52,497 nucleotides of DNA, from NCBI GenBank assembly GCA_964443795.1, contig CAYUFY010000001.1, positions 1 to 52,497 on the forward strand, read 5' to 3'. Of this stretch, positions 7,921-15,722 are shown piece after piece. Numbering within the stretch: position 1 is the first letter of the stretch; each line of letters begins with the position of its first letter. Made by a program: the position numbers and the translations under genes. Origin of the DNA: an uncultured Anaerolineales bacterium (lineage in GTDB: Bacteria; Chloroflexota; Anaerolineae; Anaerolineales; UBA6663). The notes under the pieces are model-generated. The model was not told where the DNA came from. It made no database searches and was given only the letters and a program-made list of their open reading frames with translations.

Positions 7921-7981
7921 ACTCTAAATTTCAAACTTCAAACGCTGATTGATTTTGAAATTTGAGATTTGAAGTTTGAAA
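7921..7981. repeat. AT-rich heptamer-based palindrome in a BMC intergenic spacer
   Basis: TCAAACTTCAAA (7931-7942) pairs with TTTGAAGTTTGA (7968-7979). AAATTTCAAA (7926-7935) pairs with TTTGAAATTT (7954-7963). Confidence 0.8.
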
Positions 7982-8797
7982 TTAATTGTGCATCGCAATC
8001 CCTAACGGCGTAATAAACAACGGGTTGCCGGGGAGTTGCGTCTTTACCCCGGTAATTTCTTCGATAACGGCGGCCATGCCCGGAAAGGCGCAGGTGCCGC
8101 CGACGAGGTAAATGGTCTCCACCGGGTGGTCGGCGATGTGCCGCCGGACAATGGTGCCAACTTTTTCCATCACCGGGCGGATGACTGGGAACAACGCCGT
8201 TTGTTGCGCCGGGTCTTTCTTGAGCGTCTCGGCCCGCTCAAAGGTGATGTTTTTGGCCCCGGCGATGACGAGCGAGAAATGGGTGCCGCCGGTTGCTTCA
8301 TCGGCAGTATATATCACTTGCCCGTCGCGCAAAACTGCCACGCCGGTCGTTCCGCCGCCCACATCCACAATTGCGCCGTCGCGGATTTGCAGGACATTGT
8401 TGGCGGCGGTGGGTTCGTCCACCAGCCCAGTGCAGTCCAGCCCGGCGGCGTGTAACACGTTGGCCGTGGCCCGCACTTCGGCTTGCGGCACCCCTGGCGG
8501 GTAACCCGAGGCCCCCGTCACCAGTTCCAAGCCCAGGCGTTCTTCCACCCGGCGCTTCAATTGCCGCAATAATTCCACCGCGCCCACAAAATCCACCACC
8601 AAACCATCGCGCACGACTTGCGCGAATTGATACGCCCCGCCGATGGGTTGATAGTGTTCATCGAGCACCATCAGCACGGTGTAGGCCGTGCCGAGGTCCA
8701 CGCCGACATGCACCGGGCCGCGATACTGGCCGTTGCGGTGTTCCCCGGCCATGATGCTGTCGGTGAGGGTGAGGAGTTGAGCGAGCTGAGCATTCAT
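7982..8797 (-). CDS. eutJ: EutJ-like actin/Hsp70-fold ATPase (BMC-associated chaperone)
   Basis: VGVDLGTAYTV, DVGGGTTGVAV, EATGGTHF and YLVGGTCAFPG motifs; 271 aa. Confidence 0.8.
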   Translation of the reverse strand: MNAQLAQLLTLTDSIMAGEHRNGQYRGPVHVGVDLGTAYTVLMVLDEHYQPIGGAYQFAQVVRDGLVVDFVGAVELLRQLKRRVEERLGLELVTGASGYPPGVPQAEVRATANVLHAAGLDCTGLVDEPTAANNVLQIRDGAIVDVGGGTTGVAVLRDGQVIYTADEATGGTHFSLVIAGAKNITFERAETLKKDPAQQTALFPVIRPVMEKVGTIVRRHIADHPVETIYLVGGTCAFPGMAAVIEEITGVKTQLPGNPLFITPLGIAMHN

Positions 8798-8802
8798 CGG
8801 GA

Positions 8803-10047
8803 TCAGTTTTCCACTGGCACTTGGACAATCTGCTGTTTGCGAAGCAGGAAGTTTACGGCCAGCACCAACGGCACCAAGGTCGCCGCCAGACTGGTATAAG
8901 TCATGAGCGCATATCCAAAAGCCGCAAAGACGGCACCGCTGCCGAGGTTGCCCACCGCCGAACTCAAGGCCACCAGCAAATCCATCGCGCCTTGCATCCG
9001 GCCCCGCTCGGCTAATGTGAGCACATCAGTGAGCAGGGTGCCGCCCGCCACATAGCAAAAATTCCAGCCCATGCCCAACAGGAACAGCGCCACCCCCATC
9101 GGCACGACATCTGGTGAGAGCGGCGCGACGAGGCAGGCCACGATGAGGATGCCGGCCCCGGCCACGATGATTTGCGCGCGCCCAAACCGATCCACCAATT
9201 TGCCTGAGAAGAGCGACGGGCCGAACATGCCAATGGTGTGGAACATGATGACATAGCCGATATCGTCGAGGTTGTGACCGTGCCCTTTCATGTGCAGGGA
9301 GGTGATGGCCATGATCATCACCATGACCAACTGACCGAGAGCCATGGCGGCGATGGCCAGTTGGATGCCGGGCAGTCTGAGGAGCGCGGGGATGGAACGC
9401 ACCGGGCCGGTGGCCGCGTGCGGCTCCTCGGGGGCGAGTTCACGCCCGATATCGCGCGGGTCGGGGCGCAGGAAGGTGAAGATGAGTGCCCCGCCGAGGA
9501 TGAAGAGCCCCATGCTGGCGAACCACGGCCCGACGAGCGGATTGACTTCAAGGGATTCGGCCCAGCGCCCCATGGGGCCGACCAGGTTGGGGCCGAGAAT
9601 GGCGCCCACGGTGCCCCCGAGCACCACCAAACTGATGGCGCTCCCCCGCTCGGCGGGCAGGTGCATTTCGGCGGCGGCGTAGCGCCCCAAATCGCTAAAG
9701 CCTTGGGCCACGCCCATCAAGATAAACCCGAGGCAGAAGAGGCCGAAGGAATGGTTGAGGATGGCGACCCCGCAAATGAGCGCGCCCACACTCCCGAACC
9801 CAAAACCCAGCGTCAGCCCCGGCCGCCGCCCGACCCGTTCCATAAGCCGCGCGGCGGGGTAAGCCGCGAGGGCATTGCCCAGTAAGTAGATTGCGCCCGG
9901 CACTCCGGCCAGCGCCTTCTGGCCGCTGAGTTCAGCGCCCACCAGGGTGCCAATGGTGGCGCCCGCAATGTAACCGGCCGAAGCCAAACTGCGGCTGAAG
10001 AATAACACCCAGGTGAGACGACTTCGGTGGGCATGAGCAGTGGGCAT
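8803..10047 (-). CDS. MFS transporter
   Basis: About 12 predicted hydrophobic helices, an MFS loop motif (RLMERVGRRPG) and 414 aa. Confidence 0.8.
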   Translation of the reverse strand: MPTAHAHRSRLTWVLFFSRSLASAGYIAGATIGTLVGAELSGQKALAGVPGAIYLLGNALAAYPAARLMERVGRRPGLTLGFGFGSVGALICGVAILNHSFGLFCLGFILMGVAQGFSDLGRYAAAEMHLPAERGSAISLVVLGGTVGAILGPNLVGPMGRWAESLEVNPLVGPWFASMGLFILGGALIFTFLRPDPRDIGRELAPEEPHAATGPVRSIPALLRLPGIQLAIAAMALGQLVMVMIMAITSLHMKGHGHNLDDIGYVIMFHTIGMFGPSLFSGKLVDRFGRAQIIVAGAGILIVACLVAPLSPDVVPMGVALFLLGMGWNFCYVAGGTLLTDVLTLAERGRMQGAMDLLVALSSAVGNLGSGAVFAAFGYALMTYTSLAATLVPLVLAVNFLLRKQQIVQVPVEN

Positions 10048-10094
10048 GAATTCTCCTCAGAGGTTGTTTCTTAAAGGCTACCTATCTATACAAT

Positions 10095-10181
10095 GTCATG
10101 CTGAGCGAAGCGAAGCATCGCTACGGTGGCTCTGTTTTGCGCTTATCCAAGGTAGCGACCCTTCGCTTCGCTCAGGGTGAC
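10095..10181. repeat. Long REP-like inverted repeat (35-nt arms)
   Basis: GTCATGCTGAGCGAAGCGAAGCATCGCTACGGTGG (10095-10129) pairs, with a few mismatches, with CCAAGGTAGCGACCCTTCGCTTCGCTCAGGGTGAC (10147-10181). Confidence 0.85.
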
Positions 10182-10253
10182 AAGCCTTAAGAGCGACTTA
10201 AGAAACACTCTCTCAAGTGGGTGGGCTAAACCGCACCGCTGGTACAAACAAGA

Positions 10254-10277
10254 GCGCCGGGGTTAAGACCCCGGCGC
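10254..10277 (-). terminator. Hairpin downstream of the receiver gene (possible terminator)
   Basis: GCGCCGGGG-TTAAGA-CCCCGGCGC. On the minus strand it is followed by TCTTGTTTGT. Confidence 0.45.
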
Positions 10278-10303
10278 ACGGGCAAGCAGGGCTGGGCAAC
10301 CGC

Positions 10304-10948
10304 TCAACGTGGGGTGGGGAACAATCTTTCCAGGCGTTCGCAGATGAGCCGCAGGGTGCGCCATTCGCGGCGGGCGCAGAAAATCTCGGCGAGCCGCGCC
10401 AGCAGGTCGGGGTCAGCGTCCGGGCGGGCGGCGTAATCGGCGTAGGCCCGCGCGGCTTCGTCGTCCATGCGGCTGGTGCGCAAATAGGCGCGGGCGAGTT
10501 GCGACAGTCGCTCGGTCTTCTCGGTTTCAATGGCGGTGTTTTTGTTTTTGGCTTCCTCGGCGTACAGGCGGACGCGCTCCAGGGCTTGCAGGAATTCCTC
10601 GCCGCTGAAGGGCTTGACCAGATACTCCCGCACCCCGGCGGCCATGGCTTTGCGCAACATCTCGCGGTCGCCTTCCGATGACATGATCATGCACACGGTG
10701 GCCGGGCTGACTTCGGCAATGGTGCGGATGGCGGTTAGGCCATCCAGACGCGGCATGTTGATATCCATCAGGGCCACATCGGGTTGATGTTGCCGCGCCA
10801 TTTCCACCGCCTCGGCGCCGTCGCGCGCCACGGCCACCACCTGAATCCCCTCTTCGAAGATCAGGATGGCATGGATGCTTTTGCGGAATTCGGCTGAATC
10901 ATCCGCAATGAGAACGCGTATAGGAGCAGACATACTAAACAAGCCCAA
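10304..10948 (-). CDS. Response-regulator receiver protein with a helical C-terminal domain and no recognisable DNA-binding domain
   Basis: IRVLIADD...DVALMDINMPRLDG...SSEGD...A...GV.EYLVKPF. The C-terminal ~80 aa are helical and TPR-like. An alternative start lies at 10933. Confidence 0.8.
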   Translation of the reverse strand: MGLFSMSAPIRVLIADDSAEFRKSIHAILIFEEGIQVVAVARDGAEAVEMARQHQPDVALMDINMPRLDGLTAIRTIAEVSPATVCMIMSSEGDREMLRKAMAAGVREYLVKPFSGEEFLQALERVRLYAEEAKNKNTAIETEKTERLSQLARAYLRTSRMDDEAARAYADYAARPDADPDLLARLAEIFCARREWRTLRLICERLERLFPTPR

Positions 10949-11016
10949 AATCCCAATGACAAAATCCCAAAATCAGGCCATCGTTTGAGATTTGGAATTT
11001 GGGATTTGTGATTTTG
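10946..11016. repeat. AT-rich heptamer-based imperfect palindrome in a BMC intergenic spacer
   Basis: AAATCCC AATGACA AAATCCC AAAATCA ... GATTTGGAATTTGGGATTTGTGATTTTG. Confidence 0.8.
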
Positions 11017-11017
11017 A

Positions 11018-11335
11018 CTAACTGCTTTTGCCGCCGAACCCGCCCTTGCTGTTCTTGGGCAGGATCATTTCCACGTCTGAGTGCGGGCGCGGGATGACAT
11101 GGACGGACACGAGTTCACCCACGCGCTTGGCGGCGGCGGCCCCAGCGTCGGTGGCGGCTTTGACCGCGCCGACATCGCCGCGCACCATCACGGTGACAAA
11201 GCCACCGCCAACATACTCACTCCCGATGAGAGTGACATTGGCCGCTTTGACCATGGCATCGGCGGCTTCAATCGCGCCAATCAATCCTTTGGTCTCGACC
11301 ATTCCAAGCGCAATCATGGCGATATCTACGGGCAT
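11018..11335 (-). CDS. BMC-H hexameric shell protein (PduA/EutM-like)
   Basis: [27 protein letters not shown]......[21 protein letters not shown] is the canonical Pfam BMC domain. Confidence 0.9.
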   Translation of the reverse strand: MPVDIAMIALGMVETKGLIGAIEAADAMVKAANVTLIGSEYVGGGFVTVMVRGDVGAVKAATDAGAAAAKRVGELVSVHVIPRPHSDVEMILPKNSKGGFGGKSS

Positions 11336-11394
11336 GGCTTATTTCTCCTTAGGTTATTGTTGATATACAAGCAGGCATTAGTAAAGGGTAATTA

Positions 11395-12888
11395 CTAATT
11401 ACTTTTCAATTCGGCCAACACGCGGCGTACAATCTCGTCAATCTTCTCTGCTTCGGCGCCCACCGGGGGCCGGGCGGCGCGGCGCAGTTGGCTGGGGTCG
11501 TCGGTGGCGCCGGGCAGTAGCGCGGCCTCCGGCGGTGGGTTCAATTCGTAGGCCAGTCGCTTCACATTATACATATGATGCACGGTAATGTTGTCGCCCG
11601 TCATCGCGCCGCCGATCCCGCCGGGGCCGAGCGTCATGGAAGGCATCACGCCGGTGGTCATGCCGGTCGCGCCGAGTGTGCCCCAGGTGTTCACCAGAAT
11701 GCGGAACACCGGCTTCTCCAGCCCAAACCGCATAATGATTTGATCGTCCTGCGCGTGGATGACGAGCGAATGCCCGCGCCCACCGTAGTTGATGAGTTCG
11801 ATGCACTGCTCGCACCCGGCTTCCCAGCCATCGGCTTCGTACCAGCCGAGGACGGTGGTGAGTTTCTCGCCCGAGAGCGGTTCGGCCGGCCCGACGGCTT
11901 TGAGTTTGGCGACGAGAATCCGGGCCGAGGCGGGGACGCTGATCCCGCACGCTTGCGCCAGTTGTTGCGGACTCTGGCCGACCATGCGCGGGTTGATGAG
12001 CGGCCCATTGGGGAACAGCAACCCCGCGAGGGCGCGGGCCTGCGCGTCGTCCACAAAATACGCGCCCTCCGCCTTCATCAATTCTTCCAACTGTGCGGCG
12101 ATGGGGCGGTCGGCCACTACCGCCTGCTCGGTGGCGCAAATCACCGAATGGTCAAAGGCTTTGGAAGCGACGATGTATTTAGCGGCGCGCCGCAGGTCGG
12201 CGGACCGATCCACATACACCGGGACGTTGCCCGGGCCTACACCGTAAGCCGGTTTCCCGACCGAGTGCGCGGCCCGCACCATCTCGCTCCCGCCGGTGGC
12301 GAGGATGAGGGCTACATATTTATGCTTCATCAATTCTTGCGTACCGGGCAGGGTCACGAGGCTCATGCATCCCACCAGGCCCGGCGGCATGCCCGCCCGC
12401 ACACCCGCCTCGACCATGAGACGCGTGGTTTCCACACAGCACTTGGCCGCGGAGGGGTGGGGCGCGACGACAATGCCATTGCGCGCCTTAACCGCGATCA
12501 AAATCTTGAACATGGTGGTCGAGGTGGGGTTGGTGCTGGGGGTGAGCGCGGCCACTACGCCCATGGGCCAGGCGATGTCGTAAAGCTTTTTCTTGGGGTC
12601 GTGTTTCACCACGCCCACCGTGGGAATGTCTTTAATGGCGTCCCACAAAATTCTGGAGGAGAGGAGGTTCTTGAGGGTCTTGTGTTCCGGCACGCCATAG
12701 CCGGTTTCTTCGGCGGCCAGGCGCCCCAAGCGCTCAGCGGCGGCCGAGGCGGCCTCGGCCATGGCCTGACAAATGCGGTCTACCTCGGCTTGCGAGGCAT
12801 GGAGGAACTGCTTTTGGGCCTCGCGCGCGGCAACCGCGAGGGTGCGAGCTTCCTGGATGGATTGAAGGTCTTTGTCAAAATCGGCCAT
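11395..12888 (-). CDS. CoA-acylating aldehyde dehydrogenase (PduP/EutE family) with a C-terminal encapsulation-peptide-like extension
   Basis: Catalytic region KAFDHSVICATEQ; 497 aa. The C-terminal tail ...AEAEKIDEIVRRVLAELKSN is amphipathic. Confidence 0.85.
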   Translation of the reverse strand: MADFDKDLQSIQEARTLAVAAREAQKQFLHASQAEVDRICQAMAEAASAAAERLGRLAAEETGYGVPEHKTLKNLLSSRILWDAIKDIPTVGVVKHDPKKKLYDIAWPMGVVAALTPSTNPTSTTMFKILIAVKARNGIVVAPHPSAAKCCVETTRLMVEAGVRAGMPPGLVGCMSLVTLPGTQELMKHKYVALILATGGSEMVRAAHSVGKPAYGVGPGNVPVYVDRSADLRRAAKYIVASKAFDHSVICATEQAVVADRPIAAQLEELMKAEGAYFVDDAQARALAGLLFPNGPLINPRMVGQSPQQLAQACGISVPASARILVAKLKAVGPAEPLSGEKLTTVLGWYEADGWEAGCEQCIELINYGGRGHSLVIHAQDDQIIMRFGLEKPVFRILVNTWGTLGATGMTTGVMPSMTLGPGGIGGAMTGDNITVHHMYNVKRLAYELNPPPEAALLPGATDDPSQLRRAARPPVGAEAEKIDEIVRRVLAELKSN

Positions 12889-12967
12889 GCGTCACCGGTG
12901 ACTAAATAGGTTGGAAAAAGGTTGTAATAGTATACACAAGGCTATCAGTAGAGTCGAATGGTTGGGG

Positions 12968-13525
12968 TCAGGGCGTCTCGCGCAACTGGCAGGAGAATAA
13001 TTGGCCCGCCGGGCAAACGACTTCAACGGGTTGTTCGGTGCGGAGTTGGCCGGGGAGTTTTTGGTCGAGATTGATAAAGAGATGCCCTTGGCGGATGGAG
13101 ACTGCATATTGATCAATGTCATGTGGCGTCCAGGCAGAAGAGGGTTTTGGTGAGTATAACAACAACATCCCGGTGATGGTCCATTTGTAGCCCGAGCACG
13201 GGTCTTCAAACCGATTGTTTGTCGGAACCCAGACGTATTTGTAATGACACGGCCCGGCGTAACGATTAAACGCCACCACTTTGTCGGGCAAGCGGACGAT
13301 AACCAGTGAGATGGTGTTGCCGTTTGATCCGGTCACGCCTTGATACTGCGGTGCGTTGAGGGGAAAGTCATCAATCTCCCCCAGGTCAAAGATTTGCGGC
13401 GCGGGTAGCACGAACCAGAAAATGACTCCGGCCAGCGCAAGACACATAAGCGCCAATGTCGCGCCAAAAAAGTAATACGCGCCTTCGCGCCAGGTTACGG
13501 ATTGAGTCAAATGTGTGGCGGTCAT
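12968..13525 (-). CDS. Membrane-anchored protein with a degenerate Rieske-like motif; function unknown
   Basis: One N-terminal TM helix (YYFFGATLALMCLALAGVIFWFVL). The segment GPCHYKYVW-x10-DPCSGYKW aligns to the Rieske boxes CxHxGC...CxxH but lacks the second Cys and second His. Confidence 0.55.
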   Translation of the reverse strand: MTATHLTQSVTWREGAYYFFGATLALMCLALAGVIFWFVLPAPQIFDLGEIDDFPLNAPQYQGVTGSNGNTISLVIVRLPDKVVAFNRYAGPCHYKYVWVPTNNRFEDPCSGYKWTITGMLLLYSPKPSSAWTPHDIDQYAVSIRQGHLFINLDQKLPGQLRTEQPVEVVCPAGQLFSCQLRETP

Positions 13526-13550
13526 CTCAACACCGGCCCTTAGCTATCGG

Positions 13551-13841
13551 CTAAGATTTTCTAAATGTTACTTTCCCGCTGACCTCCAATGAATCAATCA
13601 CCGCCATGATCACCGCATCCACCGGGGTGTCTTTGGTGATGTTGGTTTGCCGGGCCGAGGAACCGGCGGCCACGAGGACGAGATCGCCCGTCCCGGCGTC
13701 CACCGAGTCCACGGCGACGTACGGTTTGCCGACGGGTTGGCCGCTTTCATCGGCTTCGCGGACGATGAGCAGTTTGCGGCCGACGAGTTTTTCATCTTTG
13801 ATAGTGGCGACGGTGGAGCCGATGACGCGTGCGATTTGCAT
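13551..13841 (-). CDS. BMC-P pentameric vertex protein (EutN/CcmL family)
   Basis: MQIARVIGSTVAT.K...L.G.KLLIV......G.......VA.D.V.AG.GD.VLV. The start is taken at MQIARV. Confidence 0.85.
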   Translation of the reverse strand: MQIARVIGSTVATIKDEKLVGRKLLIVREADESGQPVGKPYVAVDSVDAGTGDLVLVAAGSSARQTNITKDTPVDAVIMAVIDSLEVSGKVTFRKS

Positions 13842-13937
13842 GAGATGGCCTTTAGTGTTTTTCAACAGATGTAACTGATGTCGCAGATGATTTTGGATTT
13901 ATCACCCGGTAAATCCGTTCCATCCGTTGATGACGTT

Positions 13938-14237
13938 TCAAACTCGCCGCCGACCGTTGGTGGGGCGGGGCCGCGCGCTTGGTTTGCGTGCTTCCGCGCG
14001 GGCGCGGAGGGAAGCTTCGCGGCGCAAATCGGCTTCCGGGCCGAGCATCAATTCCAGTTGGTCGAGCGCCGCGTTATCATATTCCCGTTGGCCGCAAAAA
14101 TCGCACACCCACGCTGGGAAGTCGGGGATGGTGATGAATTGGCCTTCGAACCAGTGGGCAAAGACCACCGCGCGGGGTTGCAGGGTGCCGATCTGGCAAT
14201 GGGGGCAAACGAATTGCGGTAGTTCGCTGGGGAACAT
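13938..14237 (-). CDS. YgiT-type zinc-finger protein (MqsA N-domain-like) with a basic tail
   Basis: CPHCQIGTL...ITIPDFPAWVCDFCGQREYDNAALDQL. Its ATG at 14237 overlaps the TAA stop of deoC by 1 nt. The Arg-rich upstream part of the 185-aa ORF is an out-of-frame overlap with deoC. Confidence 0.7.
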   Translation of the reverse strand: MFPSELPQFVCPHCQIGTLQPRAVVFAHWFEGQFITIPDFPAWVCDFCGQREYDNAALDQLELMLGPEADLRREASLRARAEARKPSARPRPTNGRRRV

Positions 14238-15136
14238 TAGTATTTGCCTCCGGTGGCGGGCGCGGCCTCGCCCTGAATGATTTTGACGCCCGCGCTTGCG
14301 CCGAGGCGCGTGGCCCCGGCGGCCACGAAGGCTTCGGCGTCGGCTTTGGTGCGCACGCCCCCGGCGGCTTTCACGCCCATCCGCGGCCCGACGGTGCGGC
14401 GCATGAGGGCCACATCGGCCACGGTCGCGCCGCCCGAGGCAAAGCCGGTGGAGGTCTTGACGAAATCGGCGTGACATTCTTTGGAGATCAGACACGCGGC
14501 GATTTTTTCCTCGTCGGTGAGCAGGGCGGCTTCGATGATGACTTTGACGAGGACGGGCTTGGCGTGGCAGACGCGCACGACCGCGCGGATGTCGCGGGCG
14601 ACGTGTTCATAATCCTTGCTCTTGAGCGCGCCGATATTGATGACCATGTCAATTTCGGTGGCGCCCTGGTCAATGGCGAGTTGGGCTTCGTAGGCTTTCA
14701 CTTCGGGCGGGGTGGCGCCCAGCGGAAAACCCACGACTGTGCAGACAGCCACGTTGGAGCCTTTGAGTAGTTGCGCAGCCAGCGCCACATGGGTGGGGTT
14801 AACGCAGACGGCGGCGAAGTTGTGTTTACGCGCCTCGTAGCATAGTTGAGCAATCTGGTCGGGGGTGGCCTCGGGTTTGAGCAGGGTATGGTCTATGAGG
14901 GCGGCGAGGTTGGGGTTGGCCGGGGTGGCGCCCAGACCAGCGGCCAGCCGTTCGGCTCCGGCTTGCACGATCAGTTCCACTTTATCGCCGCAGTGACGGA
15001 TGCAGTGGCCTGCGCCACATTCCTCGGTGCAGGCGTCGGCGGCGGTCCCGCGCTGTTCTTCTTCGGCCAGCGCCAGCAGGACCTGGCGGGTGACGAGTTC
15101 AACAATTTTTTCGACAGTGTGTGAATCGGTGGGCAT
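14237..15136 (-). CDS. deoC: Deoxyribose-phosphate aldolase (DERA) with an N-terminal encapsulation-peptide-like helix and a Cys4 linker
   Basis: [11 protein letters not shown]...AAVCVNP...[10 protein letters not shown]...VKVIIE...[10 protein letters not shown]-terminus: [23 protein letters not shown], then [14 protein letters not shown]. The start at 15136 lies just after the upstream stop; the longer ORF reaching 15232 overlaps the previous gene. Confidence 0.85.
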   Translation of the reverse strand: MPTDSHTVEKIVELVTRQVLLALAEEEQRGTAADACTEECGAGHCIRHCGDKVELIVQAGAERLAAGLGATPANPNLAALIDHTLLKPEATPDQIAQLCYEARKHNFAAVCVNPTHVALAAQLLKGSNVAVCTVVGFPLGATPPEVKAYEAQLAIDQGATEIDMVINIGALKSKDYEHVARDIRAVVRVCHAKPVLVKVIIEAALLTDEEKIAACLISKECHADFVKTSTGFASGGATVADVALMRRTVGPRMGVKAAGGVRTKADAEAFVAAGATRLGASAGVKIIQGEAAPATGGKY

Positions 15137-15140
15137 GGGG

Positions 15141-15722
15141 TTAGTCGGCAAAGATATCGGTGACGGTGCAGGTAAAGCCGGGCAAGACCGCGGATTGAAT
15201 AGCGGCATCCTCTTCGTACAACTCTTCCGCATACTGACCCTCTCGCAACCGTAAAACTTCCACCGTTCGATCCCCGGGGCTGATAATCCAATATTCCGGG
15301 ACTTGAAAACGGGCGTAGAGGGCGCGTTTTATGACCCGATCAATCCGCATACTGCCGGGTGAGAGAATTTCAATCACCAAGTCAGGCGCACCGTGGAAGT
15401 TCTTTGGGGTGAAGCGCTCGCGATGTTCAGTGCTGGCGAAGATAATATCCGGTTGAACTATTTCGGTCTCAGATAAAACCACATCGAACGGCGCAAGTTG
15501 GACTTTCCCTTTTTGGGTTTGCCTTGCCCAAGCCCGCAAAAGCATATAGAGATTACCGAGAACAACCTGATGAAAATCAGTTGGACTGGGTGACATGATT
15601 TTTTCTCCCGCGATGATAGTGAAGTACTCGCCCGGGCGGGTCTCGCGTAAATAGCGCTCGTAATTCCAAGCGGCTTCGGTGGTGGGCCGGAGAGAGGGGA
15701 CACGCTCGATCATCAGTATCAC
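15141..15722 (-). CDS. Uma2-family (DUF820) putative endonuclease
   Basis: ...APFDVVL......VQPDIIF......[13 protein letters not shown]...D...K...Y....VPEYWII.P is the typical Uma2 signature. The gene lies between rpiB and deoC. Confidence 0.8.
   Translation of the reverse strand: MILMIERVPSLRPTTEAAWNYERYLRETRPGEYFTIIAGEKIMSPSPTDFHQVVLGNLYMLLRAWARQTQKGKVQLAPFDVVLSETEIVQPDIIFASTEHRERFTPKNFHGAPDLVIEILSPGSMRIDRVIKRALYARFQVPEYWIISPGDRTVEVLRLREGQYAEELYEEDAAIQSAVLPGFTCTVTDIFAD

Noticed and set aside
13938-14495. The full 185-aa ORF with an Arg-rich N-terminal half.
   Set aside because: The first 86 codons are an out-of-frame overlap with the 3' end of deoC. The recognisable YgiT zinc-finger starts at the internal ATG (14237), which abuts the deoC stop.
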